Of a stretch of 64,000 nucleotides of DNA, positions 29,243 to 38,546 are shown piece after piece. Origin of the DNA: Elusimicrobiota bacterium (GTDB taxonomy: Bacteria > Elusimicrobiota > Elusimicrobia > UBA1565 > UBA9628); contig JAHFCE010000016.1 in NCBI GenBank assembly GCA_023249675.1, positions 247 to 64,246 on the forward strand. Direction: 5' to 3'. Position 1 is the first letter of the stretch; each line of letters opens with the position of its first letter. Under the pieces are notes generated by a model. It was given only the letters and a program-made list of their open reading frames with translations, did no database searches and was not told the DNA's origin. A program made the translations under genes and the position numbers.

Positions 29243-30082
29243 CTAAGACAACCGATAGTCCTCTAAGGTCTGCAGGAGATCCGAATTCCCCACCAGCGCG
29301 CCCGGTATATGCCGGCGCAGTATCCCTAGCGCCACTTCGGCGGAACATCCCAGGAATTCGCGTAGGACACATGCTGCGATCATCTCGGCACAGGGTTCGT
29401 CGGCGTAGATAAGCACCCGCTGATTCGCTCCTCGGACCACTGCCGCAGTCATTCGGACGATACCGGCCAGAAACATCCCATCAACTTGCTCTGTCCATTC
29501 GCACTCCAACAACCCAAACCCTTGGCGCTTTCCGAGGCTCACGGCTGACCAATTAACAAGCAGGGTGTAACTGTCGAGATTCGCGGGGGTATTGGGTGCA
29601 GCGGCAAGGAACAGACGGTTTGGGATGATAGCCGTCGGCCCTAAAGCCGGCGACGACAACGCAGGCGGCGTCGCCGCTTTGGGCGTCGCACTCAGATTCT
29701 TGCCGCCGCGGAACGACCACGGGTCATCTCCCCTGGCCTCGAAGGCGGCGTCGATGAGATCCGATGCCTCCACGCGAGTCGCATTAGGAGAAAGCGACTT
29801 TCCCGTCAATTTGGTATAGAGAACCTGCTGTTTTGTTGACGCGGGAAGGTCGGCAGCCGGTCTTTTGTTGCGGAGGCCTCGCCGCTTGGGCCGAACAATG
29901 CCGTTCGTGCACGGAACCAAGATAAATGGCTCCAGCCCCTTCTTCTCGAGTTCGGGAAGGAGATACTCAACTTCATCTGAGTCGTAGGATTTCGCCCCGA
30001 TGCCTCCGGCCGGGATAACTTCCCCACCATCGAGGATCTTATGAGCATCTGTCGGGTTGTGTATGGCGAAGCGTAAGCGCAT
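29243..30082 (-). CDS. hypothetical protein with C-terminal dual-specificity-phosphatase-like fold lacking the CX5R motif
   Basis: IIPNRLFLA...RVLIYADEPCAEMIAACVLREFLGCSAEVALGILRRHIP follows the DSP pattern; RBS AAGGAGG before ATG 30082. Confidence 0.55.
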   Translation of the reverse strand: MRLRFAIHNPTDAHKILDGGEVIPAGGIGAKSYDSDEVEYLLPELEKKGLEPFILVPCTNGIVRPKRRGLRNKRPAADLPASTKQQVLYTKLTGKSLSPNATRVEASDLIDAAFEARGDDPWSFRGGKNLSATPKAATPPALSSPALGPTAIIPNRLFLAAAPNTPANLDSYTLLVNWSAVSLGKRQGFGLLECEWTEQVDGMFLAGIVRMTAAVVRGANQRVLIYADEPCAEMIAACVLREFLGCSAEVALGILRRHIPGALVGNSDLLQTLEDYRLS

Positions 30083-30157
30083 AGAAGAAGTCCTCCTTGC
30101 CAGCCGCCGCTCGATGTCATACAATGCTGTCTAATGCGGAAGGCATCTATACGCTTC

Positions 30158-30186
30158 AGTATAATGTATTTCACATTGTTTGTCAA
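30158..30186 (-). promoter_or_regulatory. sigma70 promoter for the 29243-30082 / excisionase unit
   Basis: TTGACA-17 bp-TATACT. Confidence 0.75.
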
Positions 30187-30198
30187 GGGGGGTGGGAT

Positions 30199-30360
30199 AT
30201 GCGCACCAAGCAAAAGAGAGAGGGTCTCGTTCCGCTCAGCGTTTACGTCCCGCAAGAACTCCGCGAAAGGATAGAGAAGATTGCAGAAAAGGAACGTCGC
30301 TCTCTATCGAATCAAACAGTCCTGCTTCTCGAGAGCGCCCTAGAAAAGACTCCCCGCTAA
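30199..30360 (+). CDS. second Arc/RHH protein
   Basis: LSVYVPQELRERIEKIAEKERRSLSNQTVLLLE. Confidence 0.85.
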   Translation: MRTKQKREGLVPLSVYVPQELRERIEKIAEKERRSLSNQTVLLLESALEKTPR

Positions 30361-30426
30361 ATTAGACGCCGGCACCCCACCATCGGGGCACCGGCGCTGT
30401 GAAACCGCCGCGTAGTGCCTCGGTCG

Positions 30427-31164
30427 CTATGCGACTTGCCCCCCATAACACTCCGCGAGCCAATTACAGACCTTGCAGTCGTCCGCTGCCGCCGGCATGG
30501 GCCCTCTGATGATCTCGGCCGCGCGCCTCACTGCCTCCAAGGCCGCTTCAGGATCGACCTGTAGCTCGGCAACCTCAATGTGCCACGCCAGCTCCAGCTC
30601 ACGCAGGTCGGGCGCGAAGAAAACAAGATACGCTCTGCCGCTCAGTGGCGGGAATCCTTCGTTCATTTGCGCAAGAAGGGCATAGCTGCTCATCTGAAGC
30701 TGATACGATGGATAAATTTCCAATTTATTCGAAAAGCCGCGCGTTTTATAGTCTAGGACTGAGAGACTTCCGTCTGACTCTAAAACCCACTCATCTGGTG
30801 TTCCTCCAAAGCGCACCCCCTGCTCTTCCCACATCCAGGATATTTTTTTAGGAAGTTCGTGATATAGCCGTCGCCCCGGCAGATCACTTCCCCACAAGGA
30901 CGGCAACTGCCCCCCAAGCCGGTGAAGATTGGAAAGCTCATGCAGCGCGATATCGACGCCGCCGGGCAACGAAGGGTACTTCATCCGCGGCACCGCCAAG
31001 CCATGCGCCTTACGGAACCCACAGCGCTCACAATCCAGAAATTCACCGAGACCTGTCGGACTAAGGGAAATAATGCCGTCATCCTGCCTGCGCTTCGCCG
31101 TCGAAATCCAACCGTTTTCATCCATAAGGATCCTCCAGATAACTTCCCGTGTAGAATGCTGCAA
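30427..31164 (-). CDS. PD-(D/E)XK nuclease, Cas4/RecB-like with four Cys
   Basis: LSPTG..CERC, GTPD, LDYKT, QMSSY (QxxxY), CKVC. Confidence 0.85.
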   Translation of the reverse strand: MQHSTREVIWRILMDENGWISTAKRRQDDGIISLSPTGLGEFLDCERCGFRKAHGLAVPRMKYPSLPGGVDIALHELSNLHRLGGQLPSLWGSDLPGRRLYHELPKKISWMWEEQGVRFGGTPDEWVLESDGSLSVLDYKTRGFSNKLEIYPSYQLQMSSYALLAQMNEGFPPLSGRAYLVFFAPDLRELELAWHIEVAELQVDPEAALEAVRRAAEIIRGPMPAAADDCKVCNWLAECYGGQVA

Positions 31165-31247
31165 ACCTTCTACTTACCGGCGAATCCTGAACGGCTATAG
31201 CAAGATTCGTAGATGGATAGCTGGAATCAGACGGGCGAGGAGGTCTT

Positions 31248-31451
31248 ATGAACGACTGCCGATATTGCGCGAACACGAGGAAGTGCCGATACTGCTCGGG
31301 CACGGGAGCCGCGAATCCCGAGAAGTTTAATTGCCTCGATGACTATGCTTCCTGCGAGCGATGCGGGGGTAGCGCGAGGTGCGAATGGTGTAGCAGGTCC
31401 AAGAAGGGAACCCGCTCCGCGCACGAATCCGCACGCAAAGGCATTCTCTAG
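31248..31451 (+). CDS. small Cys-rich zinc-finger protein (DnaJ-type CxxCxGxG)
   Basis: CRYC, CRYCSGTG, CERCGG, CEWC; RBS GAGGAGG. Confidence 0.65.
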   Translation: MNDCRYCANTRKCRYCSGTGAANPEKFNCLDDYASCERCGGSARCEWCSRSKKGTRSAHESARKGIL

Positions 31452-31463
31452 CGGGAGTGGAAG

Positions 31464-31682
31464 GTGAAACGCACTCCCATTTCGGGCTCCTCAACCATCG
31501 CCGAGGCAGGCTACAACTCGGAGACGGAAGTACTCGAAGTGATGTTCTCTAACGGGACCGTTTACCAGTTTCATCGTGTTCCGGAGGAAGTGGCCGCCGG
31601 CCTATTGAGCCCCTGGGTCGGCTCCGCCGGGCAATATTTCGAGAGGAACATTCGCCACGCCTTCCCGTATAAGAAGCTCTAG
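31464..31682 (+). CDS. KTSC domain protein
   Basis: SSTIAEAGYN....LEVMFSNGTVYQF..VP.....S.GQYF..NIR. Confidence 0.9.
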   Translation: MKRTPISGSSTIAEAGYNSETEVLEVMFSNGTVYQFHRVPEEVAAGLLSPWVGSAGQYFERNIRHAFPYKKL

Positions 31683-31789
31683 CGCCGGCTGATCGGCACT
31701 CGTCGATGTTGGTCTTCTGAGGCTTCAGCAAACGAGGAGCCAGGCCAATAGGATTGCGCGTATCGCTGCCCTTGTTATACTCTCGCTAC

Positions 31790-32776
31790 ATGGCAGCCAA
31801 GAAAAAAACACCCCGGAAGCCTCGAACGAGAAAATTCCAACTTTACGATGCTCCTGGGCAACCGGCAGTCGGATTCAATAAAGCCATTTACGGCTGGCTT
31901 ACAGGCGAAATGGTCGTGATGGAACATTCGCCTCCGATGGCATTCGGAGCGCATCGACTAGCGTATGATGCAAGCGTTGCGGCGATAATGAGGACGGGGG
32001 CGTCAAAGTTAGAGGCCCATAAAAAAGCATTATCGAATCTAACAGCGTTGCTTTTCAGTATCGACAACAACACGGAAATGGCCGCGCGTCTGGCCAGTGC
32101 CCCGATTAATCCGACGGGATTTAGGAGCACGCTTTCGCAAGGTATGGCCAAGAATGCTGGCGAGAATTTCATCAATACGATCGTATATGCACTATCGGAC
32201 ATTCTCGCGGATCAGAACGACGTTCTAGTTGACAAAGGCTGCCCGCCCTTATTAAAAAAATTCCTCACGGTAAAACGACGATTCAACGGTAAAAATGGAA
32301 CTTCACGGGACTTAGACCTAAAGATTGAAGTGGATTTCTGCATCTTTTCAAAAGCCGACCCACTCAACGCAATTATAGTCAGCGGGAAGACTCGACTAAA
32401 AGAAGTATTCCACATAGGAACAATGTGGAAGCTTTTCTTCGACATGATTGGGGATCCCCACTGCATGGAAAAATGGGGGCTACAAAGCGAGGAGCTAGGC
32501 GAACAGAAATTGATCTATGCGTTTGCTACGGCGGACATGATTGCTGAGGGTGGCCGAAAAACGCAAGGCCCCGATGTAGGGCCCGATGGCGTTCGAAACC
32601 TGCTCGCCCTCGACGCATCCTTCTTCGACTACGTCTTCGTATCGAAAACCTACCCGACAACAGCTACGCATGTCTCGCCCACACTGGATCTCGCTGCCGG
32701 ACGCGAAGCGCTTTTCCACCAGATGGGATGCCTGCTAGATCTTGTTCAGCAGAAGTTCAACCTGCGGCTTTCGTAA
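31790..32776 (+). CDS. putative type II restriction endonuclease (PD-(D/E)XK)
   Basis: AGENF, IEVD...SGKTRLKE resembling the SxKxxxRER motif; convergent with a C5 MTase; ATG 31790 chosen. Confidence 0.7.
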   Translation: MAAKKKTPRKPRTRKFQLYDAPGQPAVGFNKAIYGWLTGEMVVMEHSPPMAFGAHRLAYDASVAAIMRTGASKLEAHKKALSNLTALLFSIDNNTEMAARLASAPINPTGFRSTLSQGMAKNAGENFINTIVYALSDILADQNDVLVDKGCPPLLKKFLTVKRRFNGKNGTSRDLDLKIEVDFCIFSKADPLNAIIVSGKTRLKEVFHIGTMWKLFFDMIGDPHCMEKWGLQSEELGEQKLIYAFATADMIAEGGRKTQGPDVGPDGVRNLLALDASFFDYVFVSKTYPTTATHVSPTLDLAAGREALFHQMGCLLDLVQQKFNLRLS

Positions 32777-34888
32777 AGAACGTTTTATCGCGCGGCTAAC
32801 GCCCCGCTCGAACGCAAACAGCCCGTCGCTCACATCGAGCGAGTTTAGCCGCTCAGCGAATTTATGAGCGAGAAGCGGCGGGACCGCATTTCCGATCATC
32901 GAATAACCCTCAACCACTCCTACCGAACCGAACGAAAACCAATCCGGAAATGATTGGACTCGCGCCGCTTCCCGCATACTAAGGCCGCGCGCTTCGAACG
33001 GGTGGGAATACCCGTAAGTATCTTTGCCGATGTGCGCAACTATGGTCTTGCACGGCCGACTCGCATCCAATCTTTCGAACCAGTCTCCATGCACATTGTG
33101 ACCACGACCGAGATAGGCCTGGTCCAAGAGATGGTTCTTCCCCTCCAACTCGGCCGGCAACTTGCACTCCTCAATCATAAGGCGAAGCAGCAAACTGCCA
33201 TTGATCCGACTTGACAGATCTCCCAATTGCTCCGCCGTCGGCAAACCTTTTATTTTTCCCTTCTGTTTTTTAACAAACGCATGGACTTGGGAAATTACCG
33301 ACTCCAATTCAAGATAGGTTGGTGAACGACGCAGCTTGTAATCCATCCACCTCTGTCCCGGAGCGAATTTCTCTAACAGCGCTTTGTCATCAGCCCTTAG
33401 TCTTCTGGCAATATGAGCATCGACGAGCGCTGGGGAATCGATACTGCCAACCTGCGGCTGCCGCACCCATTCGATGTACTGTTTTTCTGCTTCATCCATT
33501 CGTCCATCAACCAGGGTATAAGCGGCAACTTTATCACCAGTTCGACACTGAGCGCCCCCAGGAACGAATTGAAGTGGGGCATCAAGACCCGCCAATGCGA
33601 CTCCCAAGGAAACTCGTTTACTGTGAGTCGGAATCGAAAAGAACTTTTCGGCGGTGCCCTTTGGGGTCGTGGCCGAATTAAATCCGGCCATTATATAACG
33701 CAGCCGATTTTGGGGAATTCCAAAATCTGATGCTGTAATGACTTTAGAGACAACATGATAATTTAGGCGCGCACCAGAGAGTTGCGCGATAGCTTCCTCG
33801 AGCAAAGCGGGTGCATCCATCGTCCCGTTGGGGGTTTTTAGAACACTTTCAAAATTACGCACATTTTCGAAAATGAAAACATTCGGCTTAAGAGCTTCAA
33901 GAAACAGGACATAGCGGTATAGCAACGCGTTGCGCTCGTCACCGAACTCTTCTGACGACCATGAATATGATCCCTGTTCCCGCAACCTACTCATCACTGG
34001 CCGGCCAATACGACTAAACCCTTTACATGGCGGCCCTCCGAGAATGAGGTGAACGCGACGATCGTCAGTATAAAGCGCCACGATGGCTTTTGATTTTGCC
34101 GCAAGAAAAGCGATGCGCGTAGCAGCACGTTCCGCTCGCCATTCGATCCAGAGAGCTCTCAAAGCCTTGCCTTGCTCCGAACCAAGAAACGCAACAACCG
34201 ACTTCGCTCGCTTCGGAACAGGACTCTGCTGACCTGAAGCCGTCTTTTGTGCGGCCTCACGCAATTTCCCGATTTCCGAATTCCAAAGAGAGTTGGCGAT
34301 TTTTTTCTCTCTCCGCAAAACCTCATCGATAGAATGGACGCGCCCTGTCGGAGGGGTCTCCAGCAAGGAATATTCCTGCCCCCAAGGCAGGCCGATTCCG
34401 CTCAGCAAACTGTCTGCCTTGTACACAGAGCCGAGTCCCAATCGATCAAGAAACGCTCTACAAATTCCAGTCTTAAAGGCCTCTTTGTCAATCGAGCCTG
34501 CGGATTGGACATAATCAGGCGATTCAAATAGAGTTCGAGTCTTTATCTGAAAGGATTCATCGAGTCTACGAAGTTGGCCGAGAAAGATATTTAGCCCCAA
34601 CGCCGAAAGATCCCCCTGGAGAGCCCTATCCGGTGTCGCATATGCGTAGTGAACGAGGTAGTAAAGGAGCACCTCATCGGCACTGCCGAACCACGTAATA
34701 TCGCAAAGGCGACCCGTTGTCCATTCTCCAGCATGCGAATGGTTGCTGTTATAGCAGCGCACAGCGGCTGCATCAATATCAATACCGAGAATCGTCCGAT
34801 AAGTCCGATCGCCCTTGAAGCTGTCGAAGCCCAAACTGAGCCCCCCACAGCCGCAAAACAGATCTACGACTTTAATTTCTCTGGTCAT
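32735..34888 (-). CDS. DNA (cytosine-5) methyltransferase, 717 aa
   Basis: DLFCGCGG (I), GGPPCKGFS (IV, Cys at aa 288), FENV (VI), QNRLR (VIII), REAARVQSFP and IGNAVPP (IX/X). Confidence 0.93.
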   Translation of the reverse strand: MTREIKVVDLFCGCGGLSLGFDSFKGDRTYRTILGIDIDAAAVRCYNSNHSHAGEWTTGRLCDITWFGSADEVLLYYLVHYAYATPDRALQGDLSALGLNIFLGQLRRLDESFQIKTRTLFESPDYVQSAGSIDKEAFKTGICRAFLDRLGLGSVYKADSLLSGIGLPWGQEYSLLETPPTGRVHSIDEVLRREKKIANSLWNSEIGKLREAAQKTASGQQSPVPKRAKSVVAFLGSEQGKALRALWIEWRAERAATRIAFLAAKSKAIVALYTDDRRVHLILGGPPCKGFSRIGRPVMSRLREQGSYSWSSEEFGDERNALLYRYVLFLEALKPNVFIFENVRNFESVLKTPNGTMDAPALLEEAIAQLSGARLNYHVVSKVITASDFGIPQNRLRYIMAGFNSATTPKGTAEKFFSIPTHSKRVSLGVALAGLDAPLQFVPGGAQCRTGDKVAAYTLVDGRMDEAEKQYIEWVRQPQVGSIDSPALVDAHIARRLRADDKALLEKFAPGQRWMDYKLRRSPTYLELESVISQVHAFVKKQKGKIKGLPTAEQLGDLSSRINGSLLLRLMIEECKLPAELEGKNHLLDQAYLGRGHNVHGDWFERLDASRPCKTIVAHIGKDTYGYSHPFEARGLSMREAARVQSFPDWFSFGSVGVVEGYSMIGNAVPPLLAHKFAERLNSLDVSDGLFAFERGVSRAIKRSLRKPQVELLLNKI

Positions 34889-35100
34889 TCTATGGTGTTA
34901 TTAATCTTCAAATTTTCTGTTCGGATTCTTGTTTTGATTATCCCTCTCAATAACTGGAATATCCCGAGAGGCAAAGAAATCCTTCGACGGAGGCCAGCGT
35001 CGATCTTGTGACGAGATTATATCATGAGACTGATGCAAGCCTTCTCGAATACACCGCGCCCCCATCTGCCTGAATTCAAGATCGCTTCGCGTCACCATGT

Positions 35101-35144
35101 CGTACATATGTTCGATTATATACTAAGAAGGGCGTTTCCGTCAA
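35101..35144 (-). promoter_or_regulatory. promoter upstream of the MTase with overlapping LexA (Cheo)-like box
   Basis: TTGACG-18-TATAAT followed directly by CGAAC-ATAT-GTACG (35114-35101). Confidence 0.55.
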
Positions 35145-35161
35145 GGTCCTGCCACTACTAA

Positions 35162-35213
35162 TCGGAATCCATCCCCATCTGAGTCCGCGATCGGCAGAAT
35201 CGGATGGTTCGAC
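35162..35213 (-). other. degenerate attC-like site
   Basis: GTCGAAC, 5-nt spacer, GATTCTGCCG (compare GTTTCTGCCG at the 38113 site), hairpin; R' box decayed. Confidence 0.4.
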
Positions 35214-35225
35214 GGCTGCCGCTGA

Positions 35226-36947
35226 TCACTGTGCCGCGACTATCTCGATATCTATTTTGCCGCCACCATCGCGAAGAATTCTAATTCCGTTGGCGGTATT
35301 TTCAAAATCGACATAATCCCGAAGCCGTTCTCTGTCATATCTGCGCTGAAATTCAGAAACCAGTGATTTCAACAATTCTCTCGCACCATTCTCATTAAAG
35401 AGAACATCATCCCAATCGATCGCAGCAGCAATCAGAGCGCCAAGATAGGGGGCGTCGTTTTCATGTTCATATGTCCCCCCAACAAGAAGTATCGCCAAAA
35501 AAGCTTCCGCGTATCTGCCGCCGTTTTGCATTTTATTCAGTTCAACGTACTGACTAAAAGCCTGTTCTGCGAGATCGTTCTTAAAGCGAATGGGGATACG
35601 GGCGCACGTTATGACTGAATGTATATGTTGACCCAGCGCGATCATGCTGCTCTTTATGGGATTTCCATTCTCATGATCAGCAGCGGTACTGGCAAGATTG
35701 ATGTTTTGCTGAACAACCGGCAGTTCTTCAAGAGTGGAAATCCAAGAACGGAGGGCTCTCGTGATCTCATAAAGCACGAAACTGTATTTCGTGGGGAACT
35801 CCCGAGTCAAATCAATCTTCTCAGATCGCGGTGAATAGTTGTCACAAATTCGATCGGTCACATGTGTCATGTAGTAAAGCCACATGTGCCATTTTATTCC
35901 CTTGTGGATAGCCTCACTGACCATCAGATCAAAGAAAAAAATGCCGGCGGAAAGAGGCGATTCATAGCGCTGGTTGTCCATGTAATCTTCAAGAGGAAGG
36001 TTATAGTCGTCCTGTTCGGGGTGCTTTCCCAATTCAGAAAGATACGCGATCATTTTTTCGCCGATTGGGCGCCAAATCTGCACTCGTTCAGCCTCAGCTG
36101 GATCCCCCAGGACTTGAGATAAGATCCGATTGCTCTCGGGAAATTGATACCGATGGCCGCGCGCCATGTTCTGGTTATTTTTTAGTTCCGAGTACAGGAC
36201 GCTTGAACTGTCGCCAAGCTGAGCCTGAAAGAAGTTCTCAATGAAGGGGCCTCCGATTGAAGCTTCAAGCTTAAGAATTGAAAGAGCGACGTATGGTCGA
36301 TTCTCTGAGCACCATACGGCGAAAGGTTTATTGCTCAAAATTGTCGTAAGGATTTGGCTGGCCAACGATTCTGCAGCTTTGCCGGATGGAACAAAATCAA
36401 CTATCCAACGGAGTTGCCGGGGCACATTTAATCGCTTTCTATTTTCAATGGAGTCAAAGAAGCTGGGCGGTCCCAGTAATCGATGGAAATTGGAACGAAA
36501 GAATCGTCCTCGCGAAATATCAACGAGAGCTTTAATGTGGTCCTCAACAACGGTTGCGAGACTTGAGAAATCCTTCCCCCCGATTTCCGCATCTACGAGA
36601 TTCTTGAAAGCAGCGAGCCCGGATGGCCGGAGACGGAATCTGGACATTCTAAGAATCAGAATCAAAGAAACCAGGAGAATTATCAGGTAACTTAAGCTTT
36701 GTTCGGAAAGTGAGTAGGCCGCGAATTCCGTATCTTTCCACTCACCCAGAGGCAAGATTTTTCTCAAGAAGCTGTAGTACTGAAGGGCGTGGGTGATAAC
36801 GAGGCCGGTTACGGCCAAAAGCAAATCGAAAGTGCGGAATCGAAGCACTAACTCTCGTTGTCGCTCTTTAGGCAGTATCGCGTAAACGGCGAGAACCAGC
36901 GCGATGATGGTGAGGAGCCCGTTAGTGTCCACTACGCGCCCCCACAT
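35226..36947 (-). CDS. uncharacterised 573-aa protein with 3 N-terminal TM helices and large helical soluble domain
   Basis: LLTIIALVLAVYAIL, LLLAVTGLVITHAL, LSYLIILLVSLILIL; motif GIFFFDLMV..HMWLYY; real start may be GTG 36932. Confidence 0.85.
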   Translation of the reverse strand: MWGRVVDTNGLLTIIALVLAVYAILPKERQRELVLRFRTFDLLLAVTGLVITHALQYYSFLRKILPLGEWKDTEFAAYSLSEQSLSYLIILLVSLILILRMSRFRLRPSGLAAFKNLVDAEIGGKDFSSLATVVEDHIKALVDISRGRFFRSNFHRLLGPPSFFDSIENRKRLNVPRQLRWIVDFVPSGKAAESLASQILTTILSNKPFAVWCSENRPYVALSILKLEASIGGPFIENFFQAQLGDSSSVLYSELKNNQNMARGHRYQFPESNRILSQVLGDPAEAERVQIWRPIGEKMIAYLSELGKHPEQDDYNLPLEDYMDNQRYESPLSAGIFFFDLMVSEAIHKGIKWHMWLYYMTHVTDRICDNYSPRSEKIDLTREFPTKYSFVLYEITRALRSWISTLEELPVVQQNINLASTAADHENGNPIKSSMIALGQHIHSVITCARIPIRFKNDLAEQAFSQYVELNKMQNGGRYAEAFLAILLVGGTYEHENDAPYLGALIAAAIDWDDVLFNENGARELLKSLVSEFQRRYDRERLRDYVDFENTANGIRILRDGGGKIDIEIVAAQ

Positions 36948-36971
36948 GGCCGAGCTTTCCCTTTAGCCAGT

Positions 36972-38099
36972 TCACTCGTAAACCTCGATCGTTCCGTTAT
37001 TCGCCGCTCGGATAGCACGCGATCCTCCGTCTTGAGAGCAAACGACTGCCATGCACTGCGGAAGAGAGTGGCAGAAACGGAATGCGGATCGGTGTCTCGT
37101 GCCGAATGCTTCGACTTCAACACTACGATGATCCGGCATGACGGATATCTCATCAACGTCCGCCTTGGAGATGATTTCTGCACCAAACCCTAGAATTCGC
37201 AAACGATCAGTGAGAACAACGGCTCCGTCAACGGTTGCAAGATCTCCCACCCGATCGACAAGTTCTTTAAGCTCCGATTCCGCGCTTTCAATCTTGTGCC
37301 GATCCGTGTCTTCGCTAAATTGCCGCATAGCCGTTTTTAGAATCGGCCAAATCTGATTATCATCACATTGATATTTTGAGCGGACATGGGGTACAAGGCT
37401 CTCCCTAGCCAGGGTGTCGGGCACAAGAAGGACGGTCCCGCCATGTCCACTGTGAGCGATGCGGGAAAAGATGCTCATAAAATGACCCGGATATACGACA
37501 ACTTGCGGTGACCAGCCACCTTCGTAGCTGAGATCGGCCCAAAGCTCCGTGTTGACTGCCGAAATAAATTCCGAGACAGGACCGAAGATTCCGGACTTAA
37601 AATTCTCAGGGATTAGTTGCCCACCGCGTAGAGTCAAAAAGACCTTCTCATCTCGACCGACCTCCAGGGTGCCAGGAGAGATTGCCGAGATCTTTAGTTG
37701 GCTCCAGGCCGAACCGCATAGGCCCCAAATTGATGGGGGACCAAAAGCGCTTGGCCAATTGATACCAATCAACGCTTGGCCACTCATTGCGACGGGTGCC
37801 AGTCGTCGTAGCTCATGGACCGAGAACTCTCTAGGCTCAGAGAACACCGTTGGCTGCCTCGTCTTGTCCGGATTACACATTACCGCGCTAAACTGTGTTT
37901 TTCGGCGCTCCTCCATTGTGAAGCTTGCGTGGTAAATGGTGTCGAGAAGTTGGCCGAGAGAATGATCGTTAGGTAGCGGAGGTACATCCATATCGTAGCG
38001 GCGCCACTCTGGCCAAGTCTTTTTGAGTGGCTCAATAATGTCGATTGGATATCTGCTCGTCGTTTGCGGCCGATTGAAGAGACGGTTAAATATGCCCAT
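36972..38099 (-). CDS. diadenylate cyclase (DAC/DisA_N) domain protein with N-terminal putative sensor domain
   Basis: ATVDGAVVL (DGA) and FGTRHRSA (RHR), then VVCSQDG; no TM or HhH, so not CdaA/DisA; N-terminus resembles DACNV-type domains from memory. Confidence 0.85.
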   Translation of the reverse strand: MGIFNRLFNRPQTTSRYPIDIIEPLKKTWPEWRRYDMDVPPLPNDHSLGQLLDTIYHASFTMEERRKTQFSAVMCNPDKTRQPTVFSEPREFSVHELRRLAPVAMSGQALIGINWPSAFGPPSIWGLCGSAWSQLKISAISPGTLEVGRDEKVFLTLRGGQLIPENFKSGIFGPVSEFISAVNTELWADLSYEGGWSPQVVVYPGHFMSIFSRIAHSGHGGTVLLVPDTLARESLVPHVRSKYQCDDNQIWPILKTAMRQFSEDTDRHKIESAESELKELVDRVGDLATVDGAVVLTDRLRILGFGAEIISKADVDEISVMPDHRSVEVEAFGTRHRSAFRFCHSLPQCMAVVCSQDGGSRAIRAANNGTIEVYE

Positions 38100-38112
38100 T
38101 TGATTTCTGTCC

Positions 38113-38193
38113 GGCTAACGCAGACGCTCTTCCGCAGCGGCTTCAACGGTCCAACCAAACGAGGCCGCTGGCGGCAGAAACGAATGGCTAGAA
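38113..38193 (-). other. attC-like site
   Basis: Minus: TTCTAGC-cattc-GTTTCTGCCGC...AGCGGC/GCCGCT stem...GCGGAAGAGCG-tctgc-GTTAGCC, 13 nt before the DAC ATG. Confidence 0.7.
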
Positions 38194-38204
38194 AGCATCT
38201 AATT

Positions 38205-38546
38205 TCAACTTACTGGCGAGTCTGCCTTATTTAATATTGGCCGGCGACCATGCGTCGTCTGGTACTGGTTGAGCCAGGTACGCTCCAGCTTGGGTAAATT
38301 ATTTTTGTCGTACTCTGAGAAGTGAAACCAAAATGCTTTTCCATTTTCCGTTAGTCCTATCTTTCCCGGGTTATCGAGGTGCTGCTGGAATCGTTTATTA
38401 AGATCAACACTTAAGCCGATGTATAGAATTGCACCGTTGAATGTCGACAATATGTAGCACCCTGCGATTTTGGGAACCTTACGGAAATCCAGTAATTTGA
38501 AAAGGACTCTAGTTGAGGGTTGAGGGGCGAGTTCTGCCACATTCAC
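38205..38546 (-). CDS. GIY-YIG nuclease
   Basis: GCYIL..ILYIGLSVDLNKRFQQH, LE, PILN; 4-nt overlap with the DGQHR gene. Confidence 0.85.
   Translation of the reverse strand: MNVAELAPQPSTRVLFKLLDFRKVPKIAGCYILSTFNGAILYIGLSVDLNKRFQQHLDNPGKIGLTENGKAFWFHFSEYDKNNLPKLERTWLNQYQTTHGRRPILNKADSPVS

Noticed and set aside
32794-32800. GGCTAAC as another attC end
   Set aside because: Lies inside the MTase coding region with no partner box
36972-38099. Housekeeping DisA or CdaA
   Set aside because: No HhH or TM region, a different N-domain, and a cassette location in an island
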